Positions 41,215-51,819 of a DNA stretch of 64,000 bases are shown piece after piece (position 1 is the stretch's first letter; the number at the start of each line of letters is the position of its first letter). Origin of the DNA: an uncultured Candidatus Poseidoniales archaeon (GTDB lineage: Archaea > Thermoplasmatota > Poseidoniia > Poseidoniales > Thalassarchaeaceae); the NCBI GenBank assembly GCA_902573085.1, contig CACGHY010000001.1:46726-110725 (forward strand). Direction: 5' to 3'. The notes under the pieces were generated by a model. It was not told the DNA's origin and ran no database searches. It saw only the letters and a list, made by a program, of their open reading frames with translations. The position numbers were made by a program, and so were the translations under genes.

Positions 41215-42183
41215 TCAATTAAGGGAATTATTGCAACTTCCGGTTTCGAAATACTCTATGATCAATCCTGCCATTTCAGTTCCAATACGAGCCTGTGCCT
41301 CCAGAGTTGAAGCTGCAATATGTGGGCTACCATGGAAGGAGTCGTGACGTAGCAAGTCACTCTCTGCAAGAGGCTCTACTTCGAAAACATCGAGTGCTAG
41401 TGATGTTAGTTGACCCGACTCCAGAGCCATAGAAGCAGCTGACTCATGGACTACACCTCCCCTTGCGCAATTAACAATGTGATTACCGCACTCAATTCCG
41501 TCTAGACCTATTCCGGGCATCATGGATATTCGTTCGGAGTTTACCAGATTCCTTGTTTGTTCATTCAGATTGCAATGTACAGATATATGGGTGCATAATC
41601 TGAAAATTTCGTCCACATCATCATGTAATTGGACACCCTCAGGTGCTTCATCCACGAAGGGATCGAAAGCATGGACTTCCATGCCGAACGATGAAGCAAC
41701 CGAAGCAACTCCTCTGGCTATTCTTCCGAACCCAATTAGCCCCAGTCTTTTTCCACCTATCTCAGAGCCTCGCAATTGTTTCTTTGCCCACTTTCCATTT
41801 CGAAGAGTCCGATCTGCCGTTGCTATATGCCTTGTAGAAGCTATCAGATGTCCAATGGTTAATTCCACGACACTACGAGTTGATGCTCCCGGAGTATTGC
41901 ACACTGTGATTCCTTTTTTCGTCGCTTCGGCGATGTCGATATTATCCACTCCAACTCCTGCCCGTCCGATGAATCTAATCCCGCCGTCCTCACTTACTGA
42001 GGATGAAATTTGCTCTGATGGAAGTTTTGTGGCACTTCTGATTACCACAGCATCAAATTCTAGGAGCGAGCCATTTGCGATTTCTTCCGACTCGTAGTGC
42101 CGCAAGACTACCTCATGACCTGCATTCTCGAGAATTTCAATTGCTTCATCGGACATCCCATCTGTTACAGCGATACGCGCCAT
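41215..42183 (-). CDS. D-isomer-specific 2-hydroxyacid dehydrogenase (short SerA-like phosphoglycerate dehydrogenase)
   Basis: NAD-binding GLIGFGRIARGVA, catalytic His/Glu/Arg pattern, 322 aa. Confidence 0.7.
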   Translation of the reverse strand: MARIAVTDGMSDEAIEILENAGHEVVLRHYESEEIANGSLLEFDAVVIRSATKLPSEQISSSVSEDGGIRFIGRAGVGVDNIDIAEATKKGITVCNTPGASTRSVVELTIGHLIASTRHIATADRTLRNGKWAKKQLRGSEIGGKRLGLIGFGRIARGVASVASSFGMEVHAFDPFVDEAPEGVQLHDDVDEIFRLCTHISVHCNLNEQTRNLVNSERISMMPGIGLDGIECGNHIVNCARGGVVHESAASMALESGQLTSLALDVFEVEPLAESDLLRHDSFHGSPHIAASTLEAQARIGTEMAGLIIEYFETGSCNNSLN

Positions 42184-42272
42184 GTAGATACTAACAACAT
42201 TACGTGCATCAACATTGTGAGTACCATGCCGGTGGGTTGATATTTAGTACCCCTAATTCACCAACAGATACA

Positions 42273-42866
42273 ATGGGATTTGAATTACCTGAACTTGAAT
42301 ATGCCTATGACTCACTAGAGCCCCATATCGATGCGGAGACGATGGAGCTACACCATTCCAAGCATCATGCTGGATACACCGCTAAATTGAATGCTGCAAT
42401 CGAGGGTACAGAGATGGACTCTTTGGGAATTGAGGATTTGATAATTAACCACATGGATAACGCTGCAGTTAGGAATAATGGAGGAGGATTTTGGAATCAT
42501 AGAATTTTCTGGGAGACAATGAGCCCCGATGGCGGAGGAGAACCCGAGGGAGAACTCGCAAATGCAATTACAGACTCTTTCGGATCTTTCCAATCTATGA
42601 AGGATCAGTTCAGCGATGAGGCCATGACAAGATTCGGCAGTGGTTGGGCATGGCTATGCATTTCAGATGGTCAACTTTCCATATGCTCAACCCCAAATCA
42701 GGATAATCCCCTCATGTTGGGAGAAGGTATCCCGATTCTAGGCCTAGACGTTTGGGAACATGCGTATTACAAGAATTACGGTCCTGCCAGAGGGGACTAT
42801 ATCGCCGCATGGTGGAATGTAGTAAATTGGTCTGTTGTGTCCGATAACTATCAGGCCGCAATGTAG
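42273..42866 (+). CDS. sod: Fe/Mn superoxide dismutase
   Basis: ...HHSKHHAGY..., ...DVWEHAYY... and the metal ligands. Start at MGFELPEL. Confidence 0.85.
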   Translation: MGFELPELEYAYDSLEPHIDAETMELHHSKHHAGYTAKLNAAIEGTEMDSLGIEDLIINHMDNAAVRNNGGGFWNHRIFWETMSPDGGGEPEGELANAITDSFGSFQSMKDQFSDEAMTRFGSGWAWLCISDGQLSICSTPNQDNPLMLGEGIPILGLDVWEHAYYKNYGPARGDYIAAWWNVVNWSVVSDNYQAAM

Positions 42867-42922
42867 TCGAATGTATGTAACCACAACCGTTCCATTATAG
42901 CGCTCTTTGGACACGCGACCGC

Positions 42923-43996
42923 GTGGTCGACGATTACGAAGCTATGTTGACCGCTGTAATGATATTAGTTTCACCAGTTATTTTTGCCCTCCCTGTGTCT
43001 TTCGCGTGGAGATGGTGGGTCGGTATTGAACCGGAGCATGAGCACTATCGAGAAAAGGTTCGCAGGGTACTCGATGCAGGAATGCCCCTCGCACGTTACA
43101 GGGGGGAGTTGGACGCGGAAGCAAGGAAGGTGCACATATCATCTGATAGGCAAGGCAGGATAGAATCGGATTTACTTCATAGACTGCGAATTCAACATTT
43201 TCTCCTGTTCCCTAGTCTCATTTTGTGGCCTCTAGTAGGTATCTTCGCTGCTATCATCAGCATACCAATGATGCCTTTGCTGAAGCTAGTAGAGTGGATT
43301 CTGATCGAAAAGAAAGCGCTATCTGGAGTCGCGATTATCATTCAGAGGTATACAAGGTGGGAAATAATAGGAATCCCCAGACTTGATGACGGTTCCAAGC
43401 AGTTTGGCAAGGCTCTAGCTTCAATTCACAGAATGCCCACAACCGTATTTCTTGGCCTTTTTGCATACCTAATCGTGTCATATTCGCCAATGAGTTCTTT
43501 CAATGTTCTTCTCCTAAGCGCATTGGTATACATCATACTGGTCTCCGCAATTTCAGTCATCAGAGCTGCTACAGAAAGTACTCTAACATTTGCAGATCCT
43601 ACGAATAGGAGAATTATACCTATGGAGTCGTATGTTGACGAGAAACTAGGTCCATGGGTAGGAGTAGGGCTGATTTTCCTATTGTCTAGGCAGCTCATGT
43701 ATGGATCAAAAATTCGAACAGGCGAGCTCTTAATTGATCCAGTTGCCTTTTCGATTAGTGTTCTACTTGTCTTGTATACAGCCACAATTATTGGAATAAC
43801 GGTTGAGATCCTATTTTTCAGGAGCAGGGGCGAGGAAGTCAGAATGACATTTCAAAAACAAATGGTTGATGTTTTTCAACCGGATGTATACCTCTTCAAT
43901 AGGAATTTGGGGACATTGAGGCTAGTTCCACTAATGCCCCTATCACTTTGGCTGGAAACAGAGGAGGACTACGATGAAGTACTCAAAGATACGTGA
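42923..43996 (+). CDS. hypothetical multi-pass membrane protein
   Basis: About 7 predicted TM helices. No motif recognised. Confidence 0.35.
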   Translation: MVDDYEAMLTAVMILVSPVIFALPVSFAWRWWVGIEPEHEHYREKVRRVLDAGMPLARYRGELDAEARKVHISSDRQGRIESDLLHRLRIQHFLLFPSLILWPLVGIFAAIISIPMMPLLKLVEWILIEKKALSGVAIIIQRYTRWEIIGIPRLDDGSKQFGKALASIHRMPTTVFLGLFAYLIVSYSPMSSFNVLLLSALVYIILVSAISVIRAATESTLTFADPTNRRIIPMESYVDEKLGPWVGVGLIFLLSRQLMYGSKIRTGELLIDPVAFSISVLLVLYTATIIGITVEILFFRSRGEEVRMTFQKQMVDVFQPDVYLFNRNLGTLRLVPLMPLSLWLETEEDYDEVLKDT

Positions 43997-44891
43997 GTTC
44001 TTCGACTTTCCAGTTAGCCCCATCCAAATTTACGGACCCCGATTCAATATCATCAACACGTAGTATTACAATTGCATAGGATATACCGTCTGATGACTCA
44101 CATGAGGTAATATGAGCAGGCGAGCCATTCGATAACCGGTATTTCCCTGGACCAATGGCTGCCTCACCCGTAAGGAGGCAAAGCCTCTTGACAGTCCTGC
44201 CACGGCTTTCTAACCTTGCATGAATTTCCTGTCCTGGATAGCACCCCTTATTATCACTGATCAGATTAATCATCCCACATTCATTAGGAAGATTCCCCCT
44301 GATGTCAACTAAGCTTGGAATACAAACTTCTAATCTTACGAAGTTCCACCTATCCTCACTCATTTCAGAGTATTCCGCATCCTCTAGTATCGAGATGAAA
44401 TCACTCATCTGGTTTCTTGGCAATAGGATATCGAGGATGGACCCTCCGGGAAATTCGGATTTCACAGCTATCATATCACCGAATTCCATTACTCTATTTC
44501 TTTCCAGGTCTATTCCCTCGAACCCCATCCTAGTAATTATTGATTGAAAGTCAGCAGATATTAGAGAAACCCTTCCAATCGCTTCATCTGCGATGATTAA
44601 ATCGCATTGCTCATCCCAGGATTTCCCGTCAATTAGGGTCTTTCTTGTTTTATCACCCATCTCTTCTGATGACAAAAGTAGTATTTTTTCCTGTATCTTG
44701 TATATCGATCCGATATCTGTAATCCGGCCGTTATAATCGCAGAATAGTACGTCTTTAGCATGGCTATCCGGAGAATCAATAATCCTGGTCGAGACGACCC
44801 TATCGATGACATTGGTTGAATCACTGCCCTGCAAGAGTGTTACACTCTGTGAGCGTACGTAATACTCCTCTCCAGAGGTGTTATTGCTCAA
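43983..44891 (-). CDS. YgfZ/GcvT-like folate-binding Fe-S cluster maturation protein
   Basis: Conserved KGCYPGQE motif (KGCY.GQE) of the YgfZ/CAF17 family. Confidence 0.55.
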   Translation of the reverse strand: MSNNTSGEEYYVRSQSVTLLQGSDSTNVIDRVVSTRIIDSPDSHAKDVLFCDYNGRITDIGSIYKIQEKILLLSSEEMGDKTRKTLIDGKSWDEQCDLIIADEAIGRVSLISADFQSIITRMGFEGIDLERNRVMEFGDMIAVKSEFPGGSILDILLPRNQMSDFISILEDAEYSEMSEDRWNFVRLEVCIPSLVDIRGNLPNECGMINLISDNKGCYPGQEIHARLESRGRTVKRLCLLTGEAAIGPGKYRLSNGSPAHITSCESSDGISYAIVILRVDDIESGSVNLDGANWKVEELTYL

Positions 44892-44900
44892 GGAACTACC

Positions 44901-45287
44901 TCAGCCGAATGACTGCCCGCAGCCACATGCCCTGTCAGCATTGGGGTTCTCTATTTGGAATCCGCCGCCCATCAGCGTCTCTTTGAAATCAATCTGGATG
45001 CCATTTAGCATTGAGCTGTCTTTATTGTGAACTAACACATTAATTCCACCGATGGAAATCTGCTGAAATCCCTCATCCTCCGGCCTTTCTATGATTTTCA
45101 TGTCGTAAAGATACCCTGAGCATCCTCCGGACTGAGCGCTGATTACTAAGACGTGCGTATCCTCGTCTCCATTCATGTTTTGCTCTAATGCGCGTATTGC
45201 TTTTTCTGTAAAGTTAAGTTTGACATCAACGACTTCTGTTTCAGAAACGACAGGAAGGGAAAAACCCTCACCACCTAGTATGCCCAT
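44901..45287 (-). CDS. erpA: Fe-S cluster insertion protein (IscA/ErpA/HesB family)
   Basis: C-terminal ...CGCGQSF plus the HesB-fold pattern. 128 aa. Confidence 0.75.
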   Translation of the reverse strand: MGILGGEGFSLPVVSETEVVDVKLNFTEKAIRALEQNMNGDEDTHVLVISAQSGGCSGYLYDMKIIERPEDEGFQQISIGGINVLVHNKDSSMLNGIQIDFKETLMGGGFQIENPNADRACGCGQSFG

Positions 45288-45370
45288 GTAATAGGACTAC
45301 AATCGGTAATATTTCAACAGTTGCTTAGATTACTCGTCACACATATCAATCACCCTGCTATCGTAGTGTC

Positions 45371-46174
45371 GTGGACGGGATGGAGACTAGGGAGATTGCA
45401 AGACTAAGTCATACCGGGATTAACAGAGGACTGGATTATGTAACTTCCGAATCCCCCCTATCAATTAACGTAACTGACAGCAAAAATAGTAAATTTGAGA
45501 TGGGAATTACCATGAGGACTGAAGGTGACGACAGGAGGTTGATTCTAGGATTCTTATACTCAGAAGGAGTGATCGACTCAATTACAGACGTTTCCAGTAT
45601 ATGCATCGATGACGGAATAGCAACGGTAACTCTCAATGATTCTTCGTCTTTCGACTCTGATTTACATAAAAGGAATAGTACCGTAACATCTTCTTGTGGA
45701 CTCTGCGGAAGATCGGACCTTATTGGGCTACTTAAATTGGAAAATACCCTTCTAGATGAGGGAATGGAAATTTCTCTAGATGCAGTTTCGGCATGTCTTA
45801 ATGCAATTAATTCTGACCAGCCAATATTCTCTCGTACAGGCGGATCCCACGCCTGTGCAAGCTTCAGAGAAGATGGGACAATAGATTGTGTTTTCGAGGA
45901 TGTGGGGAGGCACAATGCTTTCGATAAAATGGTAGGGCATTACCTGGAAAGGGGTTTGATACCAAAACCTGGATTTGGTGCATTCGTATCAGGGAGGGCT
46001 TCTTTTGAATTGGTACAGAAGTGCATAAGGGGGGGCTTTCCAATAATGATAGCAATTGGCGCTCCAAGTAGCCTAGCTGTCGATATATCGAACGAATATG
46101 GTCTCACTTTGGGCTGTTTCGCAAGGGATGATGGTCTTACGCTATTTAGTGGAGTTAGGAGAATTGTAGAATAG
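45371..46174 (+). CDS. fdhD: formate dehydrogenase accessory sulfurtransferase FdhD
   Basis: ...GGSHACASF... and ...GRHNAFDK... are FdhD signatures. Confidence 0.8.
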   Translation: MDGMETREIARLSHTGINRGLDYVTSESPLSINVTDSKNSKFEMGITMRTEGDDRRLILGFLYSEGVIDSITDVSSICIDDGIATVTLNDSSSFDSDLHKRNSTVTSSCGLCGRSDLIGLLKLENTLLDEGMEISLDAVSACLNAINSDQPIFSRTGGSHACASFREDGTIDCVFEDVGRHNAFDKMVGHYLERGLIPKPGFGAFVSGRASFELVQKCIRGGFPIMIAIGAPSSLAVDISNEYGLTLGCFARDDGLTLFSGVRRIVE

Positions 46175-47107
46175 TGATGCGGTTTGATACTTCCTCTCCT
46201 TCATATCATTCTGGTACCTGATTCCCAATTTGGCGCCATTTTCTTCAATCCACTCTGAGAATTTTATTTCCCCTAATGGCTGGTCATCTGATGCCATAAG
46301 TCCATTCATAAGTCCACGAATTTCAGCTCTGGTAATGACTCTGTCACTGACTATAATTCCTACAACCTTGCCAACAACCCACGCAACCATAGGGGGAACA
46401 GGAATTATTACTCTTCTAAGGCCCATAGATCGTGAAATTAATTTAACGTACTCATAATAAGAGAATATTTCGGGCCCTGCAACATCTAAAATTATATTCT
46501 CGCTCAGGGATCCTTGTTCCACAGCTATACGAGCAACATCGGATATGTGCACAGGTTGTATTGGATAAGACCCTAGGCCAAAGACACCGAAAATAGGAAA
46601 CCTTCGTATTAACCATGCCATATTGTTGATCAATACATCTCTCTTACCTCCAAAAAATACGGTAGGACGGAGTATTGCATGTGATAACTTTGACTCGGTA
46701 ATCATTCTTTCAACTTCCATCTTACCAGTGAAATATGTCCAATCGGGAGCCTTGTCAGGATGCGCGACTGAAAAGTGCACAATCCTCCTTATCCCTGCAT
46801 CCTCAGCTGCGGAGATTAGCTTCCTTGTATTTGAAACGGCCGAATCGTGCGCATATCTGCCTTCTCTGTCTTTGTACCTTACCCAATAGGTGTTGTATAG
46901 AACATCTGCATCAGAAAGAGATGATACCATCGAATCGTGGTTTGTAAAATCGATTGGTCTTACTTCTACTTGGCCGTTAAATGGATCGTCCCTTCCTATT
47001 GCATTTGTCAGAGTCCTAACTCTGTGCCCGCAATTCAGCAACTCCTTGGCTATCCAACGTCCTGAATAGCCGAATGCTCCAGTAACAACATGAGCATCTT
47101 TTGCCAC
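46142..47107 (-). CDS. NAD(P)-dependent epimerase/dehydratase family protein (NDUFA9/YbjT-like)
   Basis: N-terminal VTGAFGYSGRWIA Rossmann motif and extended SDR architecture. 321 aa. Confidence 0.55.
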   Translation of the reverse strand: MAKDAHVVTGAFGYSGRWIAKELLNCGHRVRTLTNAIGRDDPFNGQVEVRPIDFTNHDSMVSSLSDADVLYNTYWVRYKDREGRYAHDSAVSNTRKLISAAEDAGIRRIVHFSVAHPDKAPDWTYFTGKMEVERMITESKLSHAILRPTVFFGGKRDVLINNMAWLIRRFPIFGVFGLGSYPIQPVHISDVARIAVEQGSLSENIILDVAGPEIFSYYEYVKLISRSMGLRRVIIPVPPMVAWVVGKVVGIIVSDRVITRAEIRGLMNGLMASDDQPLGEIKFSEWIEENGAKLGIRYQNDMKERKYQTASLFYNSPNSTK

Positions 47108-47168
47108 AATGTTGGGAATAGGCGAATAGCCATTATCTTAACCACATTAATTTGAAGAGTACTGCCAT

Positions 47169-49457
47169 GTGTTTTGCCACATGAGGGGTAAAGCTGAGGC
47201 TACCACGCCGCTCGAAGATGTATCACCTAAGAGGAAGGCTCCGAGTAAATCTGCTGCGGGACTTCCAGCAATTATCTCAACAGCAAAGCACGGCCTTTCA
47301 AAAATGGGATTGATAGGTTCGTTGACTAATTTTTACAAGGTCAATAAGTTCCAAGGTTTTGACTGTCCGGGATGTGCATGGCCAGATCCTGACGATACGC
47401 GTACAATTGCTGAGTTTTGTGAGAACGGTGCCAAGGCAATAGCCGATGAAGGTACAAAGAAAAGGGCCAGCCCTGAATTCTGGTCCAAGTGGACTGTTAG
47501 AGATTTATCGCTAAAATCCGATAAATGGCTAAATTCCCAGGGAAGGCTGACACATCCACTAATTCTCAGGGAAGATTCGGATTACTACGAGTCCATATCA
47601 TGGGATGATGCGTTTGAAGTGATTGCGAGTGAGATGGCACCTTTACCTCCGGATCAGGCGGTATTCTACACATCTGGTAGGACAAGTAACGAGGCTGCTT
47701 TCATGTGGCAATTACTCGCTAGGAGGTATGGAACCAACAACCTCCCAGATTGTTCTAATATGTGTCATGAATCATCAGGAGTAGCTCTGAATGAAACCAT
47801 AGGAATAGCCAAGGGGACCGTTAAACTAGAAGACTTCGATAAGGCGGACTTGATTATTGTTGTAGGTCAAAACCCAGGGACTAATCACCCAAGAATGTTG
47901 ACGGCTCTGAGGGATGCTAAGAAGAAAGGCGCATCAATTGTTTCGATAAACCCGCTAATTGAGACGGGCATGATTAGGTTCAAACACCCACAGAACCCTC
48001 TAGAAGTTCTAGGTTACGGAACTGAAATTTCGGATGAGCATGTCAGAGTATGTTTGAACGGGGATCAAGCGCTGTTCAGGGGTTTTGCCAAGGTAATCAT
48101 AGAAAGATCATTAGAGGATTCTGGATTTATCAGCACATTCACAAATGGTTACGAAGACTACGAAAAGCTGGTTCGAAATACATCGTGGGACCAGATCTCC
48201 ATGTTGTCTGGAGTCGATAGAAACGAAATAGAGAGGATTGGCAATTTGATTGCGAAGTCGAAGGCCACAATATGCTGTTGGGCAATGGGCCTTACACAGC
48301 ACAAGAACTCCGTACCAACGATACAAGAAATCTCCAACCTTCTTCTGCTTGGGGGGCACGTTGGGAGAGAAGGGTCTGGATTGTGCCCAGTTAGAGGCCA
48401 TTCAAACGTCCAAGGAGATCGAACTGTAGGGATAAATCATAATCCCACATCGCAGTTTATCGACTCATTGAGAAGAGAGTTCGGAATACAGAACCTCAAA
48501 ACCAAGGGGCTCGATTCAGTCGAAGCAGTCAGAAGTATGTTGCAACGAGAAGCTAGAGTCTTCCTATCTATGGGGGGTAATTTCATATCTGCAATGTCCG
48601 ATACAAATGTTACCTCTGAAGCTATTAGGAACTGCTCGCTGACAGTCCAAATTTCAACAAAGCCCAATCGGTCTCACCTGATAACTGGGAAGCAGGGCAT
48701 TATACTACCATGCCTAGGGAGAACGGAGCGAGACTATTCAGGAGGTAGTGAACAGTTTGTTACAGTAGAGAACTCTATGGGAGTGGTACAGAAGTCAATT
48801 GGATCGCGTCCACCTGCTAGTAATAATCTAAGATCTGAGGCGAGCATTGTATCTGGAATAGCCATGGCAATTGAGGATAAAATAGGAGTTTCAGAAATCA
48901 AGTGGAGAGAGCTTGCCGAAGATTATGATATGATTAGGGATAGTATTGAAAGGGTGGTTCCAGGTTTTGATTCATACAATGAAAGATGTAGGGAAAATGG
49001 GGGTTTCTATCTACCTAATCCTCCAAGGGACTCGAGGATGTTTCCCACCAAAACTGGCTTGGCAAATTTCATCTCCAATGATCTGGTTTCGATTTCTCCT
49101 GGCGAAGGAGAGTTTCTTATGATGACAATCCGATCTCATGACCAATACAATACCACGGTGTACACCGATAACGACAGATACCGTGGAATTTACTCTGGAA
49201 GGAGAGTCGTTCTGATGAATAAATCAGATATGGTGGAAAATAGTTGGGAGGAGTTTGACGAGGTGTCAATAACATCTGAATTCGACCAAAAAGTGGTTAA
49301 ATCAGATAGATGGAGAGTGGTTGAGTATGATATTCCTAAGGGGAACGTTGCTACTTATTTCCCAGAAGCGAACGTTCTTATCCCACTAAACAGCGTTGCC
49401 GACAGGAGCAATACTCCCACTAGCAAATCAGTAATCGTTAATATCACGTCTACCTGA
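47169..49457 (+). CDS. molybdopterin oxidoreductase, YdeP/FdhF-like (formate-dehydrogenase-related)
   Basis: ...GFDCPGCAWPDPDD... plus ...LPDCSNMCHESSG... are characteristic of the YdeP (Fdh-alpha-like) family. About 760 aa. Confidence 0.65.
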   Translation: MFCHMRGKAEATTPLEDVSPKRKAPSKSAAGLPAIISTAKHGLSKMGLIGSLTNFYKVNKFQGFDCPGCAWPDPDDTRTIAEFCENGAKAIADEGTKKRASPEFWSKWTVRDLSLKSDKWLNSQGRLTHPLILREDSDYYESISWDDAFEVIASEMAPLPPDQAVFYTSGRTSNEAAFMWQLLARRYGTNNLPDCSNMCHESSGVALNETIGIAKGTVKLEDFDKADLIIVVGQNPGTNHPRMLTALRDAKKKGASIVSINPLIETGMIRFKHPQNPLEVLGYGTEISDEHVRVCLNGDQALFRGFAKVIIERSLEDSGFISTFTNGYEDYEKLVRNTSWDQISMLSGVDRNEIERIGNLIAKSKATICCWAMGLTQHKNSVPTIQEISNLLLLGGHVGREGSGLCPVRGHSNVQGDRTVGINHNPTSQFIDSLRREFGIQNLKTKGLDSVEAVRSMLQREARVFLSMGGNFISAMSDTNVTSEAIRNCSLTVQISTKPNRSHLITGKQGIILPCLGRTERDYSGGSEQFVTVENSMGVVQKSIGSRPPASNNLRSEASIVSGIAMAIEDKIGVSEIKWRELAEDYDMIRDSIERVVPGFDSYNERCRENGGFYLPNPPRDSRMFPTKTGLANFISNDLVSISPGEGEFLMMTIRSHDQYNTTVYTDNDRYRGIYSGRRVVLMNKSDMVENSWEEFDEVSITSEFDQKVVKSDRWRVVEYDIPKGNVATYFPEANVLIPLNSVADRSNTPTSKSVIVNITST

Positions 49458-50718
49458 TACCACGGGCCTGTCTTTTGGCCTGTTCCCTAGCTAAAACTCT
49501 GCATCTACTAATCTGCTTCTCACAGAGTTCGGCCTCGGACTCATCGAGGCCCCTCTCTAAGGATTGAGAGAAGCACTTTATTGCGTCATCAAACATCTCT
49601 ACTGCGGCATATGATGACCCCATATTGAACAGAGTCTTCCCGGAGACGGATTTGGGGTCTAAACCTATAGCAGTATGATATGCGACAATACTCTCAGGGA
49701 ATCTACCTTCATTATACAGCGCATTGCCTCTTCCATTCTGTGCCTTTACCCTAAGCTCGACTTCACCGGAAGGACATCCGCCGATAGCCTTCTCGAAGCT
49801 AGAAAGTGCCTCATTGTTCTTTCCTTCATTTAGCATGTTAATCCCCATGTTATACCAACCCAGAGAATCTTCTAGGCTCCCTCTTTCCTCAATTACTGGT
49901 GCTAAACGCACCTCATCTGCTGCGATAAGTAAAAGCTGTTCATCGTCAACATCTTCGTGAGTGCCTGTACTTATGTCTGGCTCAGATTGCGCAATAGTAT
50001 CTGATTCAATTTGATCGGCCCTCTTCATACACTGTGCAGCACGATCTTCGTAGCCCGCTGCCCTCAATGCTTCACCGAGCCCCCGCCAAACCTCGGGAGA
50101 ATCTGGGTTCTGATCTAATAGATCCTTCCAGATTGAAACAGCAGTTGAATGATCACCTGAAGAGGATAGTGCACGAGCCTCTTCCTGCCTGCTAGGCTCA
50201 TCGAAACTAGGGGAAATGTCAATATCAGTGTTTTGATCTACCGGAACTTCATTGATCGGTTGTGATTTTATGAAAACTAGCTCTTGGGTTTCTTCGGGCC
50301 TGAATATTGAGGCAATGTTATTCAGTTTCTCATCTTTTTCCAGATGCGGGAGTGCTCTTTTCGCGAAATCACTGGCCCTCTCTGGTTCACTTTCTACTAG
50401 AAGATAGGCTAAATTGGCTAGAGTCGGTGGGTGATCTGGATATTTCTCATCGCAATTCTCGAAGGCCTCAACTGCATCTTTCAATGAACCAGTCTTGCAG
50501 TACAACACTCCTAGACAGAACCAGGCAGTAGCATTATTCTCGTCAATTTTGAGCGCATCGAGATATGTTCGAATGGCCGATGAGTAATCTCCGCTATTGG
50601 TTTGAGTGGCGCCTAATTTCAAAGACTCAATGAGCCCACTCATGACTACTGGGAAAATCACCAATGAATAAGTATTCTGAAGTATAGTAGAAAGGTACAA
50701 TAGAAGACTAATCGCCAT
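49450..50718 (-). CDS. tetratricopeptide (TPR) repeat protein
   Basis: Multiple 34-aa TPR units (WFCLGVLYCKTGSLKDAVEAFE..., ...ALYNEGRFPESIVAYHTAIGLDP...). Confidence 0.6.
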   Translation of the reverse strand: MAISLLLYLSTILQNTYSLVIFPVVMSGLIESLKLGATQTNSGDYSSAIRTYLDALKIDENNATAWFCLGVLYCKTGSLKDAVEAFENCDEKYPDHPPTLANLAYLLVESEPERASDFAKRALPHLEKDEKLNNIASIFRPEETQELVFIKSQPINEVPVDQNTDIDISPSFDEPSRQEEARALSSSGDHSTAVSIWKDLLDQNPDSPEVWRGLGEALRAAGYEDRAAQCMKRADQIESDTIAQSEPDISTGTHEDVDDEQLLLIAADEVRLAPVIEERGSLEDSLGWYNMGINMLNEGKNNEALSSFEKAIGGCPSGEVELRVKAQNGRGNALYNEGRFPESIVAYHTAIGLDPKSVSGKTLFNMGSSYAAVEMFDDAIKCFSQSLERGLDESEAELCEKQISRCRVLAREQAKRQARGIR

Positions 50719-50720
50719 TT

Positions 50721-51275
50721 GTGTTTGGCATGGGCGAGCCGATAGTAGTGATGGGTATTTGCGGCTCTTATGATCTAGACTCAGCTAACGGCAGAATGCT
50801 AGAGCTTATACTCAGAGAGTGTGAAAATCTCGGTGCAGATACAGTGGTCTGGGACCATGGAAAAAGGCCATTGCCCCTTGTTGGAGCAGAAGGTTCGTGG
50901 GACGATACAAACGTCAAAGGCTTCCAAGAAATGGCAGTTTCTGCAGATGCCTATGTCCTATCGAGTCCAGAATATCACGGAACCATGAGTGGCGTGATGA
51001 AGAATAGCCTTGATTGGTTATATTCAAAGCATACTTCAGGCAAAGTTTTCGCTTTAGTTTGTACTTTAGGTGGTCAAACTAGCAATAATACACTGAACCA
51101 TATGAGAATCGCAGCGAGGTGGATACATGGCTGGGTGATTCCAGAACAGGTGGCTGTACCCCACATCAAGAGTGCTTTCGACGAAGATGGAGAGCTTCTA
51201 AGCTCAGATATCAACGATCGGGTTTTGTCGATTTCATCATCATTGGTAGAAAATACTACCAAATTGAGGAGGTAA
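50721..51275 (+). CDS. NAD(P)H-dependent FMN reductase (flavodoxin-like)
   Basis: ...IVVMGICGSY..., ...SSPEYHGTMSGVMKNSLDW... match the SsuE/ArsH/YieF family. Confidence 0.7.
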   Translation: MFGMGEPIVVMGICGSYDLDSANGRMLELILRECENLGADTVVWDHGKRPLPLVGAEGSWDDTNVKGFQEMAVSADAYVLSSPEYHGTMSGVMKNSLDWLYSKHTSGKVFALVCTLGGQTSNNTLNHMRIAARWIHGWVIPEQVAVPHIKSAFDEDGELLSSDINDRVLSISSSLVENTTKLRR

Positions 51276-51277
51276 TA

Positions 51278-51451
51278 GTGTCAGGTGAATCACTCACTCC
51301 CGAGCTGGTATATTCGTTACTTCTGATGTCTATCGCTGGAGTTTCGGCTTGGTGGTCTAGGTACATCATTGAGAATATCATCGTATTAAGAATTGCAGTT
51401 TTTGTAGGCGTTTCTTCCTCTATATACATGCTAATCAATATACCAGGATGA
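51278..51451 (+). CDS. small (57 aa) two-TM hydrophobic peptide
   Basis: GTG start 7 nt after a GGAGG (TTGAGGAGGTAATAGTG). Sequence VSGESLTPELVYSLLLMSIAGVSAWWSRYIIENIIVLRIAVFVGVSSSIYMLINIPG. Co-directional and tightly packed between the FMN reductase and the PqqD-like gene. Confidence 0.4.
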   Translation: MSGESLTPELVYSLLLMSIAGVSAWWSRYIIENIIVLRIAVFVGVSSSIYMLINIPG

Positions 51452-51457
51452 CTAGTT

Positions 51458-51817
51458 ATGGACATATTTCCAGTAAGATGCCAAGTAGAATGGACAACCT
51501 TGGAAAGCGGATGCATTGAGATCTCTTTAGACAAGAATCTCACTAAGATCGAGGCAAGGGTGGCAAGGATTCTGGATGCTCCATCGTTCGTAAGACGTCC
51601 AATGGACAAAATGAACAGCGCCCTTTGGGTGTTAATGGACGGAACACGTAATGTTCAAGCGATCATACAGGAAATGGATGCCCAATTTAATGAAGAGATT
51701 TCTCCAGTAGAGGAAAGAGTTAGCAATTCGATTGCACAGTTTGTGGAATTGGGCTTAGTGTCGCTATCTAGAAAGAAAGATGACTTCGATTGGGATATCG
51801 GGCCCTCTGTTGTCTGA
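51458..51817 (+). CDS. PqqD-family protein (RiPP recognition element-like)
   Basis: ...MNSALWVLMDGTRNVQAIIQEMDAQFNEEISPVEERVSNSIAQFVELGLVSL follows the PqqD/RRE pattern (compare Klebsiella PqqD ...[44 protein letters not shown]...). Confidence 0.55.
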   Translation: MDIFPVRCQVEWTTLESGCIEISLDKNLTKIEARVARILDAPSFVRRPMDKMNSALWVLMDGTRNVQAIIQEMDAQFNEEISPVEERVSNSIAQFVELGLVSLSRKKDDFDWDIGPSVV

Positions 51818-51819
51818 AA

